Source: Bacillota bacterium | Lineage (GTDB): Bacteria; Bacillota; Clostridia; Christensenellales; SZUA-584 | Reading direction: 5' to 3' | Length of the DNA stretch: 64,000 nt | NCBI GenBank assembly: GCA_023397655.1 | Contig: JAEWTW010000053.1 | Span: forward strand, 2,836 to 66,835 | Shown: positions 46,924 to 54,910 of the stretch, piece after piece | Layout of the letters: each line of letters begins with the position of its first letter | Numbering within the stretch: position 1 is the first letter of the stretch | Translations under genes and position numbers: made by a program | The notes under the pieces: generated by a model | Told to the model about the DNA's origin: nothing | The model's input: the letters and a program-made list of their open reading frames with translations, nothing else | Databases searched by the model: none

Positions 46924-47115
46924 TCAGCGGATTTCCTTTACCCGGCCCACGATGCCGCCCTCCAGCATCACTTTGATGCCATGCGGATGCGTGGGTGAGT
47001 TGGTGAGCAGGCGCTCCACGACGCCTTCCGTCAGCCGTCCGGTGCGCTGGTCCTGCTTTTGCACCACCGCCACCGTCATACCCGGCTTTATGTCGCTCCG
47101 TTTGGTTCCATCCAT
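46924..47115 (-). CDS. ywbE: YwbE family protein (DUF2196)
   Basis: MDGTKRSDIKPGMTVAVVQKQDQRTGRLTEGVVERLLTNSPTHPHGIKVMLEGGIVGRVKEI is near-canonical for YwbE. Confidence 0.85.
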   Translation of the reverse strand: MDGTKRSDIKPGMTVAVVQKQDQRTGRLTEGVVERLLTNSPTHPHGIKVMLEGGIVGRVKEIR

Positions 47116-47261
47116 CGTATCTATCCTTTCCGTTTACGCATATTCTACTCCCCTGCAGCGCCACCGCGCAACAGCCAAAGCGTCTTTACCAAAACCTGAT
47201 GGATGAAACGTCTCCGAATGTGTTATAATGCGCTGTATAATCCATTATAAGGAGATTCCCG

Positions 47262-47876
47262 ATGAGAAAAATCGTTGTGATAATATCCCTGTTGCTGTGC
47301 ATTGCCCTGCTGCCCGCCTGCGCCCAGCACGCACCCGAGGCGGACCTCACCAAACCGCATGTAACCGTGTCACTGAGCTACGCGGACGGTCTCAAATACG
47401 CACCGTCGTTCGCGGTGTGGGTGGAGGATGAAGCAGGCAACACCGCCACGCTGTTCGCCACGGACAAGGTGGCCACCGGACTGAAGAACCGCCCCCAGAC
47501 GCTGCCCGTCTGGACGGGCCTGCGCGAAGCGGATGCGGCTTCCGGCGCGACGCCCAGTGATAAAGCAGAGCTGACGCTGAACATACCCGACGAATTCGCG
47601 GGCAAGAAGCTCAAAGTATTCGTCGAAGCTAACGCATCCTACGACTTCAACGACTTTTACGCCGAGGGGCTGGAGGAAGGCGCCGAGGGCTACAGCGATG
47701 TGAACGGTCAGCCTTCCGCGATATGGACCGCCGACATGGACACGGCGCAGTCCGGCTCAGCCACACTGGAGATGACCGCCGTGGGCGATGTGCTGGGTGC
47801 GGACCATGATCTGCACGGCACGACGAACATCACCGCGCCGGTACTGACGACTGTTAAGGTGACGTGGGAGGTGTAA
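47262..47876 (+). CDS. Lipoprotein (DUF2271-like by eye)
   Basis: Lipobox LLPACAQ. YAPSFAVWVEDEAGN motif. Confidence 0.6.
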   Translation: MRKIVVIISLLLCIALLPACAQHAPEADLTKPHVTVSLSYADGLKYAPSFAVWVEDEAGNTATLFATDKVATGLKNRPQTLPVWTGLREADAASGATPSDKAELTLNIPDEFAGKKLKVFVEANASYDFNDFYAEGLEEGAEGYSDVNGQPSAIWTADMDTAQSGSATLEMTAVGDVLGADHDLHGTTNITAPVLTTVKVTWEV

Positions 47877-47883
47877 GTAAACA

Positions 47884-50220
47884 TCATACCGGATTACAAT
47901 TTGCTAATGTGCCAGTTTCAAGCGAATAATTGAGGCAGGATGAGGGTCCATGCAAATTATTCCCTAAAATAATTACTCTATACTTCGCTCTTGAACAACA
48001 CAAATATAATTGATTTAATGCGGTGTAACGAAGATAATTAGCTGAAATATCACTAGTTCCACTAGTTTGAGGTACTCGACCTTCATCTACACCAACTAGA
48101 ATTACACATTTAAATTCTAATCCATTAACATTATACGGTGATGATAATATGTAGTTATTGTTTCTTTTTACCTCTCCATTCAAGCCGCTAGCGTTTCTAC
48201 TTTTCAGATAAAAAAAATCTCTCCCTATTTTATCTTGAGCTATGTCATCATTAAGTAACTCATCAACAAATGAAATAACTGCTATTTCATAATTATTACA
48301 ATCTGAACCGAACTCTTTTTTAATGCCACTTATATGCTTTCTAATTGAAGCTATCATTGCATCATCATTTGCATACATATATAACTCTGGAGTTTTACAA
48401 TAATGCATTTCTTTTTGGCTCAAACCACTTACGGACACTCTATATGGATTATTAAAACCGGATTCAAACACATGTGTCCCCGAAGCTATTATCGATGTAC
48501 AAAAATCTGTTATCTCTTGAGAGCTGCGAAATACGGTTTGATAAGTTTGTTTATATGCACCGTTTGCAATTTCATTCTCTATATAGTCACTGAACACATC
48601 ACCTCTATCTCCAATGGCTTGACTATAATCAAGAGCAAAACAAATAGGAACTTTTGTTTGATAAATATCTTTGGTTAAATAGTGAAAAGCATATTGTTCG
48701 TTTGCATTAAATAAATGCATTTCATCAACAAATATATAATCATATCCAAGCTTTGCTCTTTCTCTTCTCCAAAAGGGTGCATTTAATCTTGATATGGCTT
48801 CTATTACAACATCATCTGTATCGTATTGATTAACTTCATCCAGATAATTTTGGTAATCTCGATAAATATCAAAAATAAACTCCTTATCTTTTTCATGGGT
48901 AACTGGCAATCCATTTGGAATTGAATTTAATTTTTTATATTCTTTTAGGTTGCTATTTGCACGTCCTTTTATTTGTATACTAAATTCATGTTGGAGCATA
49001 TACTCAAGGCTTGTAGAAAAGGTGTCATCTACTGGAAGAAGAATTTCTTGTAATTTTTTAGATAAATGGGGAGCATATGTTGAATAATCTCTTTTGTAAC
49101 ATTTTTCATAGGCATCATGAATAAGAAGTCGTTGATATTCTTTTGCCATAGATGCATCAAGGTCAGTTAATTGGATATCAGTAAATCCTACATAATTTTT
49201 ACACCATTCAAGCAGTGTCGTTATTATAATTTTTTGTGCTGATTTATTGCCGCCCTCTTCTAGAAATAAATCAGCATCTTCATTCATTTTAAATGTTTCT
49301 TCAATTTCATACCTAGTTGATTCGCTATGAGCAAAGAATACTATACTAAAATATTTCCCACTTTTCTTTGCCTCATAAAGGAGTTTATAAGCTCTTAATA
49401 TTAATGACATTGTTTTTCCTGTCCCAGCAGGTCCATCTACTCTAATTGGTATACTAATATCAGAATTTTGAACTATTTTCTTCTGATATTCAGTTAACTG
49501 TAATAATTTTTGTTCAAATTGCATATATTTAAATCCTTCATTCTTTAAGCAGGTATCCTCTACAATATAATTTTCAAATGGTTTTTTTTGTACAATCTCT
49601 TTTATCTTTTTTTTATTATCCTTTTTTTTAAGTCCCGATTGCAGTATCGAAAGAAAAATAACACTTGCATCTTCTAAAATATTAATATCAGCAACTTCAT
49701 TTGTTCCTTCCGGTACATCTTCATCGTTATATTTATAGGCTAAAAGGGGACGATTAATACCAAACTCTGTCAACCTTCTTGCTCCAGGTTGCCTTTCAAG
49801 TACTAGCCTTTTATTTTGTTTTCCATTCATATTGTATTTAAATGGAAATATAATAAGTTTTGTGTGAACAACTCGCTCAGAGGAAGTAAATGGTTGATAT
49901 CTCCAAAATCGAATTGCTGCCCTAAATGATTTTTGTAAAACGATGTGCACATTTTCAAGTGTATCATGTTCTGCTGTAATAAGATTACATTGTTCTAAGT
50001 CAAATATTAGAAATTGTTTTTCATCATGTTTATTTCCAATAAAGAAAAGCCCCCCATCTCTATTTATTGAAAACACCTCTTCTATTTCATAAGGACGACC
50101 ATCACAAATACTTTTAATAAATTCATGAGCTTGCTCAAACTCATAGCTTTGGAGTTCTTGAGTTCTTATCATTGCTTCAATAGCAGACATTTCAAAGAGT
50201 AAAAATTTTATATTTGACAT
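47884..50220 (-). CDS. P-loop SF1-like helicase with DExH-type Walker B and an unrecognised N-terminal ~255 aa (AT-rich cassette 3)
   Basis: Walker A GPAGTGKT (49411-49434), Walker B VDEMH (48715-48729), FRSSQEI, GLEFKCVILVGVDEGRVP, LYLCCSRAKYRVIILG. About 30% GC. ATG 50220 (GTG 50223) lies 2-5 nt after the upstream stop. Confidence 0.75.
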   Translation of the reverse strand: MSNIKFLLFEMSAIEAMIRTQELQSYEFEQAHEFIKSICDGRPYEIEEVFSINRDGGLFFIGNKHDEKQFLIFDLEQCNLITAEHDTLENVHIVLQKSFRAAIRFWRYQPFTSSERVVHTKLIIFPFKYNMNGKQNKRLVLERQPGARRLTEFGINRPLLAYKYNDEDVPEGTNEVADINILEDASVIFLSILQSGLKKKDNKKKIKEIVQKKPFENYIVEDTCLKNEGFKYMQFEQKLLQLTEYQKKIVQNSDISIPIRVDGPAGTGKTMSLILRAYKLLYEAKKSGKYFSIVFFAHSESTRYEIEETFKMNEDADLFLEEGGNKSAQKIIITTLLEWCKNYVGFTDIQLTDLDASMAKEYQRLLIHDAYEKCYKRDYSTYAPHLSKKLQEILLPVDDTFSTSLEYMLQHEFSIQIKGRANSNLKEYKKLNSIPNGLPVTHEKDKEFIFDIYRDYQNYLDEVNQYDTDDVVIEAISRLNAPFWRRERAKLGYDYIFVDEMHLFNANEQYAFHYLTKDIYQTKVPICFALDYSQAIGDRGDVFSDYIENEIANGAYKQTYQTVFRSSQEITDFCTSIIASGTHVFESGFNNPYRVSVSGLSQKEMHYCKTPELYMYANDDAMIASIRKHISGIKKEFGSDCNNYEIAVISFVDELLNDDIAQDKIGRDFFYLKSRNASGLNGEVKRNNNYILSSPYNVNGLEFKCVILVGVDEGRVPQTSGTSDISANYLRYTALNQLYLCCSRAKYRVIILGNNLHGPSSCLNYSLETGTLANCNPV

Positions 50221-50225
50221 CACAT

Positions 50226-51053
50226 TTAATCCTCAATTCCATATTTTTTGAATAATATATCAATATCATCATCTGATGGTTTATCAATACCAATTCGTAT
50301 AAATGAAAAGGAAAATTTCTGCATTAACCACTCAATACATGGAGATTTTATTTGGCCTATTACTGTTATAAAATCAGTTTCATCCTCGAGAAAAGTTGAC
50401 TTATTGAAACTAATACGTTCTTCAGGTTTTAAAATCAAATAATCAAGCTCATCTTTCTCTAATCTTTCCACAAGTTCCATAGGAAATTGATATAAATCTA
50501 ACAAGTCAACAATGATTCCTTCTTTGCTACTTGAAGTATTATTATACTCAGATACTGATATATAACAAAAATGAGTATTCTTTTCATTGGATATTTCTTT
50601 AAGTTTATCTCTTGCTTTTAGTAATATTTTTTTATAGTATGCATGTTCAGTAATAATAGCTTTATTATTTAGCATCTTTTTATATTCAAGATATTCTTCC
50701 CATTTTTTATATAATAAATCTTGATTTTTTATCTTTATCTCTTTGTCTTTAATATTTTTTATAATTTCTTCTAAAGAAAAATCTTCTATTATATGGAAGT
50801 TTATATTATGTTTTAATGACCAGTCTTTTAAATAATTACTTTTTGTTTTAATTAATTCTTCTATAGCTAAATTTAAACCGATTTGATTTACCCATTCTTC
50901 GACGTTTAAAGCAGAGATAACATATGCTCTTGAAATTTTACAATTAGCCAAATCACATCTTGCTGATATAATTATACCATAGCATGGTATGTTTGGATAT
51001 TTTTCAGAACGAAGACCATAAATAAGTGTTCCTTGGGTAATTGTGTTATGCAT
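50226..51053 (-). CDS. Hypothetical protein, 275 aa, no recognisable motif (AT-rich cassette 3)
   Basis: ATG 51053 with GGAG 7 nt upstream. Starts MHNTITQGTLIYGLRSEKYPNIPCYGIIISARCDLANCK. Lys/Glu/Ile-rich, about 27% GC. Confidence 0.6.
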   Translation of the reverse strand: MHNTITQGTLIYGLRSEKYPNIPCYGIIISARCDLANCKISRAYVISALNVEEWVNQIGLNLAIEELIKTKSNYLKDWSLKHNINFHIIEDFSLEEIIKNIKDKEIKIKNQDLLYKKWEEYLEYKKMLNNKAIITEHAYYKKILLKARDKLKEISNEKNTHFCYISVSEYNNTSSSKEGIIVDLLDLYQFPMELVERLEKDELDYLILKPEERISFNKSTFLEDETDFITVIGQIKSPCIEWLMQKFSFSFIRIGIDKPSDDDIDILFKKYGIED

Positions 51054-51140
51054 ATAAATCTCCAAAATATTAAAGAGAATAATTATTACTAATTAGCATT
51101 ATACTACACACTTACCAACTAAAATACAACAGCAAAGTAC

Positions 51141-51170
51141 AAAAAACCCATGTCGCTTTCGACATGGGTT
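51141..51170 (-). terminator. Rho-independent terminator of the DUF434-like gene
   Basis: AACCCATGTCG-CTTT-CGACATGGGTT, followed on the minus strand by TTTTTT. Confidence 0.8.
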
Positions 51171-51247
51171 CTTACAGCGGGGTCTGAGGCTGAACCTCCA
51201 GCGGAGCGCGAGGCAGCGCCTCCCAACCGAATCCCTTCAATCTCGAA

Positions 51248-51973
51248 CTACCAATCCAACGAATCCCCCATCACGTCCACGATCCACACGTCCGAAACCT
51301 CGGGTATCAGAATCCCGTTTAGGTTCAGCCACGAAGGGCATCGGTCGAGTATAGCGCTGTCGCTGGTGACGGCGTTGGGGAGATCGTACAGCACCGCGTC
51401 CACGTTGGACACCAGCTCGATGCCCACGGGCAGGCCCGCCTCCTCCGCCAGCTCCGCGATACGTACCTTGAGCCGTCCGGAGTTGGATACCGGCGCGTCC
51501 AGCCAGAACACCGCGCGCGATACGGCGAGCGATTGCAGGCGTGAGATCACGGCGCGGATGGCAGCGTCTGTTCTGCCGATTAGCCGGTAGGTACCGCGCA
51601 GCCCGGCGAGGTCGCGGAACGTGCCGTCCATACAGCGCAATACGGGTGAGCCGGACATCGCCACCTCCAGCGTGATGATCAGGTTGAAGCCGTCGATGTG
51701 CACCTCCGCGCCCGCAACGGCTTCGGGAGCAAGCTGCTTGGAACGGCGCACGGCGATGTCTTCCCGCGCCGCGACGACGCGTGTGAGCGCCACGCGCTGC
51801 CGCTCGGACAGCAGATAATGGTTGCCCACGAACGTGGACGCGCCCTTGATGGGGTAGCCGCGGTTCAACAGAAAATACAGCTCGTCCCCCGCGCGCCGAA
51901 GCTTTGGGAGCGCCTCGCCCGAAAAATCCCGTTTGTCGTCCGGCGAATAACCACGTCTTGTGGAATCGGACAT
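51248..51973 (-). CDS. DUF434-domain protein (N-terminal DUF434, C-terminal nuclease-like domain)
   Basis: LRRAGDELYFLLNRGYPIKGASTFVGNHYLLSERQRVALTR matches my memory of DUF434. Confidence 0.55.
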   Translation of the reverse strand: MSDSTRRGYSPDDKRDFSGEALPKLRRAGDELYFLLNRGYPIKGASTFVGNHYLLSERQRVALTRVVAAREDIAVRRSKQLAPEAVAGAEVHIDGFNLIITLEVAMSGSPVLRCMDGTFRDLAGLRGTYRLIGRTDAAIRAVISRLQSLAVSRAVFWLDAPVSNSGRLKVRIAELAEEAGLPVGIELVSNVDAVLYDLPNAVTSDSAILDRCPSWLNLNGILIPEVSDVWIVDVMGDSLDW

Positions 51974-52051
51974 TGGCAGCTTTCCTTTCGTTCATTTACC
52001 TCTATTTTACCATAAGGTGCACGGCTTGTCCCGCCTGCGTCAGCGGAGTTG

Positions 52052-52351
52052 TCAACTGCTGTTCAAGTCGTCCCGCGAGGCCTTGTAGGATATCATCGTG
52101 CCGACCGACGCGACGAAGTTACCAAGTATGTTCTCCTGAGTGGGCGTCAAGCCCTCCGTCATGATGTTGGTGAGTATGGCCGCGAGTATTGTGCCCATCT
52201 GCGATGGCAGCACCTCCAGCCATATCTTAGGCGCAAACTGGCTGCACAGATCGTCGATGTCGTCCTGGGTGACATCGCACTCGGCGAGAACGTCTGAATC
52301 GGCGGAAGCCTCGGTGTTTTGGCCCGTATCTTTGCCTTCTTGTTCGCTCAT
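52052..52351 (-). CDS. Hypothetical acidic protein, 99 aa
   Basis: Start moved to MSEQEGKD. Coding-like GC3. Confidence 0.45.
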   Translation of the reverse strand: MSEQEGKDTGQNTEASADSDVLAECDVTQDDIDDLCSQFAPKIWLEVLPSQMGTILAAILTNIMTEGLTPTQENILGNFVASVGTMISYKASRDDLNSS

Positions 52352-52457
52352 CGCACCAACCCTTTCAACCGATATCAACCCCCGGTACGCGGGTCTATAG
52401 CTATTGTATTCGAAACCCGGCCAAGTGTCCCAGCGCCAACGTTAATGCAAGCTGTTA

Positions 52458-52505
52458 TTATTAACAGTTTGTTCATGCCTTCGTCACAGCCTGTTCGACA
52501 TTTCC
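52458..52505 (+). repeat. Copy 1 of a ~48-nt upstream element shared by two small lipoprotein genes
   Basis: TTATTAACAGTTTGTTCATG is identical in both copies. The next ~28 nt are about 65% identical, ending in TTTCC. Confidence 0.6.
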
Positions 52506-52585
52506 GTTATCCCTTCAGGTAAAATAATACCATCATAGGTATTTGATGATATTTGTATCCGGCCTCTGCCGGGGAAAGGATCTGT

Positions 52586-52996
52586 ATGAATCGTCACACG
52601 TATGGAAAAACACTGTTGATAACGGCTCTATCTGTATTGCTTATCGCTGTACTTGCCGTCGGATGTTCGGCTCCAAAACCTGCTGCCATCATCGTGACGC
52701 CGTCGCCCGCGGCAGCCAAGGAACTGCCCGCTTCTCCGACGCCTGCGGAGACCAGTCTACAGACGCCGCCCGCTAAAACCCCGGAACCAACCGCAGATGC
52801 CACAGCCAGCGCGACAGCCCCCGCTGCTCAGTCTTCCGGCGCAGACGTGACTTCCGGTGCGACACTACCCGGCGGAGATACGCCCGCAGCCACTGCCCCC
52901 AGCCAAAGTAGCGGCGCTGACGTGACCTCAGGCGCCACCTTACCGGGTAATCATGGTTCCGGCGAGGACGACGAGGACGATGATGACGACGACTGA
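52586..52996 (+). CDS. Low-complexity secreted lipoprotein with poly-Asp/Glu tail
   Basis: Lipobox LAVGCSAP. Internal duplicate SSGADVTSGATLPG x2. Ends GEDDEDDDDDD. Confidence 0.6.
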   Translation: MNRHTYGKTLLITALSVLLIAVLAVGCSAPKPAAIIVTPSPAAAKELPASPTPAETSLQTPPAKTPEPTADATASATAPAAQSSGADVTSGATLPGGDTPAATAPSQSSGADVTSGATLPGNHGSGEDDEDDDDDD

Positions 52997-53056
52997 AATG
53001 TATAAACAATTCCCCGGTAATCCACCCTTATCAGAGCGGCTGTTTTTCAGCTTTCT

Positions 53057-53105
53057 TTATTAACAGTTTGTTCATGTTAGTGTTACAGCATGTATCACAT
53101 TTTCC
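53057..53105 (+). repeat. Copy 2 of the shared upstream element
   Basis: See 52458-52505. Confidence 0.6.
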
Positions 53106-53185
53106 AACGCCGCTGTGCTAATATACTTTTGTCGAAGATGACACGAAACTAGAAGCGAGATGACATAAAAAGTGACTCTGAAAGG

Positions 53186-53410
53186 ATGGAAATGTCGGCA
53201 ACGATGCGCTTCAATCTGATTATACTGGCAGCCGTCGCATTGGTGCTGGTTGCGGCGCTGTCCGCGGGGTGCGGTCCCACCAGAACGGTGGTCAGCTCAA
53301 CGCCTGCGCCCTCGGCCACAGCCGCCTTAAGCGGTTCGGCGGTGATATTGCCCATTGAAAGTCTGCCGCCGCTGCCGGGTGCAATGTCCGGCGAGGCTTC
53401 GCAGCCATAA
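53186..53410 (+). CDS. Small lipoprotein, about 70 aa
   Basis: AAVALVLVAALSAGCGP lipobox. Alternative starts at 53192 and 53204. Confidence 0.5.
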   Translation: MEMSATMRFNLIILAAVALVLVAALSAGCGPTRTVVSSTPAPSATAALSGSAVILPIESLPPLPGAMSGEASQP

Positions 53411-53661
53411 GCAAGCGAAGCCTCACGGCGGGCAGCGCTGTTCTATTGCTAATTCCATGACCATATAGCCCTTTTTCTATCTTGGCCGCCAGAGCCCTCC
53501 GGCGGCAAACAGTCTCCGCCGATCTGCGGATGGTCCCGCAACCTGTTTCCGTCAGACCGGCGGGGCATCGTTTTTTTAAGCAGCCAGATGGCTTCTTCTG
53601 CACAGTTAAAATGCATCAGCTTGGACAGCGGCATATCGCGGCTCTTTTTTTTCGCCGAATG

Positions 53662-53690
53662 TTGACAATCTGTTTTCCACGCAGTATGAT
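53662..53690 (+). promoter_or_regulatory. Sigma-70-type promoter TTGACA-17-TATGAT for tetR
   Basis: TTGACA 53662-53667, 17-nt spacer, TATGAT 53685-53690. Confidence 0.65.
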
Positions 53691-53706
53691 TCTAACGTAC
53701 GTTAGA
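53691..53706. promoter_or_regulatory. Perfect 16-bp palindrome TCTAACGTACGTTAGA, candidate TetR operator
   Basis: Abuts the -10 hexamer. A near-identical site lies at 54338-54353. Confidence 0.65.
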
Positions 53707-53727
53707 TATAACTCAAAGGATCATCCG

Positions 53728-54279
53728 ATGACGCAGGAGTTCAAGAACAGCATCAAGCAGGTAGCCGTGCGCCAGTTCCACCGCGACGGCTTTCACGGCA
53801 CCACCATACGCAATATCGCGCGGGAAGCGGGCTGCTCGCTGCCCATGGTGTATTACTACTACCAGAGCAAGCAGGCGTTGTTCCACGAAATTATCTCTGA
53901 GGACTACTTCGCGCTGATCACCCGGCTGGCACGGCAGCGCACCGAGTCGGACGCGCTGGACTTCTACACGCATTTCGTGCTCAGCGCCATGGATCTGTCC
54001 GAACACGACCGCATGATCTACCGCCTCGGCATTAAGGTATACCTCGGCTTCGACGGCGATGAAACGCTGTACGCGATGATGGACGAGTGGGAGCGCTCAA
54101 TACTCCCCCGCCACTACGAGCGTCTGCTCCCCGCGCTGGAAGGCCGACAAAATCCCGAAGCCGTGGTACGCGCGCTGGTGCACCTGCTGGAAAACCTGAT
54201 CGAGAGCGTCGTCGTCAAGCAGCGCCCGCTGTCCGAAACACAGATACGTGAGGAGCTGGCCGTGATACTGAAACCCTGA
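53728..54279 (+). CDS. TetR/AcrR family transcriptional regulator
   Basis: IKQVAVRQFHRDGFHGTTIRNIAREAGCSLPMVYYYYQSKQALF. Start moved to MTQEFKN. Confidence 0.85.
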   Translation: MTQEFKNSIKQVAVRQFHRDGFHGTTIRNIAREAGCSLPMVYYYYQSKQALFHEIISEDYFALITRLARQRTESDALDFYTHFVLSAMDLSEHDRMIYRLGIKVYLGFDGDETLYAMMDEWERSILPRHYERLLPALEGRQNPEAVVRALVHLLENLIESVVVKQRPLSETQIREELAVILKP

Positions 54280-54337
54280 CGCATGACACTAGTAACGATA
54301 ATCAGCCGCCTCAGTGCGGCTTAAAAAATCATTCAAA

Positions 54338-54353
54338 TCTAACGAACGTTAGA
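54338..54353. promoter_or_regulatory. Second operator-like palindrome TCTAACGAACGTTAGA
   Basis: 15/16 identical to 53691-53706. Lies 15 nt upstream of the next gene. Confidence 0.6.
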
Positions 54354-54367
54354 GAAAGGGAACAATC

Positions 54368-54808
54368 ATGGAAACGGATAAGAAACTGTCCATTATGCAG
54401 AACACCTACGCCGCCGTGCTGGCGGAAACCGCCAACACCTATCAGCGTCTGGGCGCGCTGGATAAAGTGGTGGCTGCGAAGGCGCAGCGACAGGCGCAGA
54501 CTGCCCCGATGATGAACGCCCAGCTGGGCATCACCTCCGTGCCTGAAGTATTCACTGTGATGGCCGGCGTGTTCGGCTGCGCCAACTGGACGGTGGAACA
54601 GACGGCGGAGGGCTATGCCGCACGAGCCACAGCGTGCAAGCTCTGCGCACTTTCCAAAATGCTGGGCGGTGCAAACGCATGCAACGGCTGGTGTCTTGAC
54701 CCGATGCGCGCGATGGTACAGGCGGTGGACGGCAGCGTCACCGGCTTTATGGTACACAGCACGCTGATGGACGGCGACTGCTGCAGCGTCTCCATCAAAA
54801 CGACCTGA
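54368..54808 (+). CDS. Cys-rich hypothetical protein, 146 aa
   Basis: GAAAGGGAAC RBS. Cys pattern CANW...CKLC...CNGWC...CC. Confidence 0.55.
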   Translation: METDKKLSIMQNTYAAVLAETANTYQRLGALDKVVAAKAQRQAQTAPMMNAQLGITSVPEVFTVMAGVFGCANWTVEQTAEGYAARATACKLCALSKMLGGANACNGWCLDPMRAMVQAVDGSVTGFMVHSTLMDGDCCSVSIKTT

Positions 54809-54910
54809 ACCCGGCAAAAACCCCTGCCGTGCCCCCTGTGCAGCCACTGTGGTTCGTAATAACATGACAGAAAACAGCATTCGTGCCCCTTATTTGAAAG
54901 GTGTGTTTCC

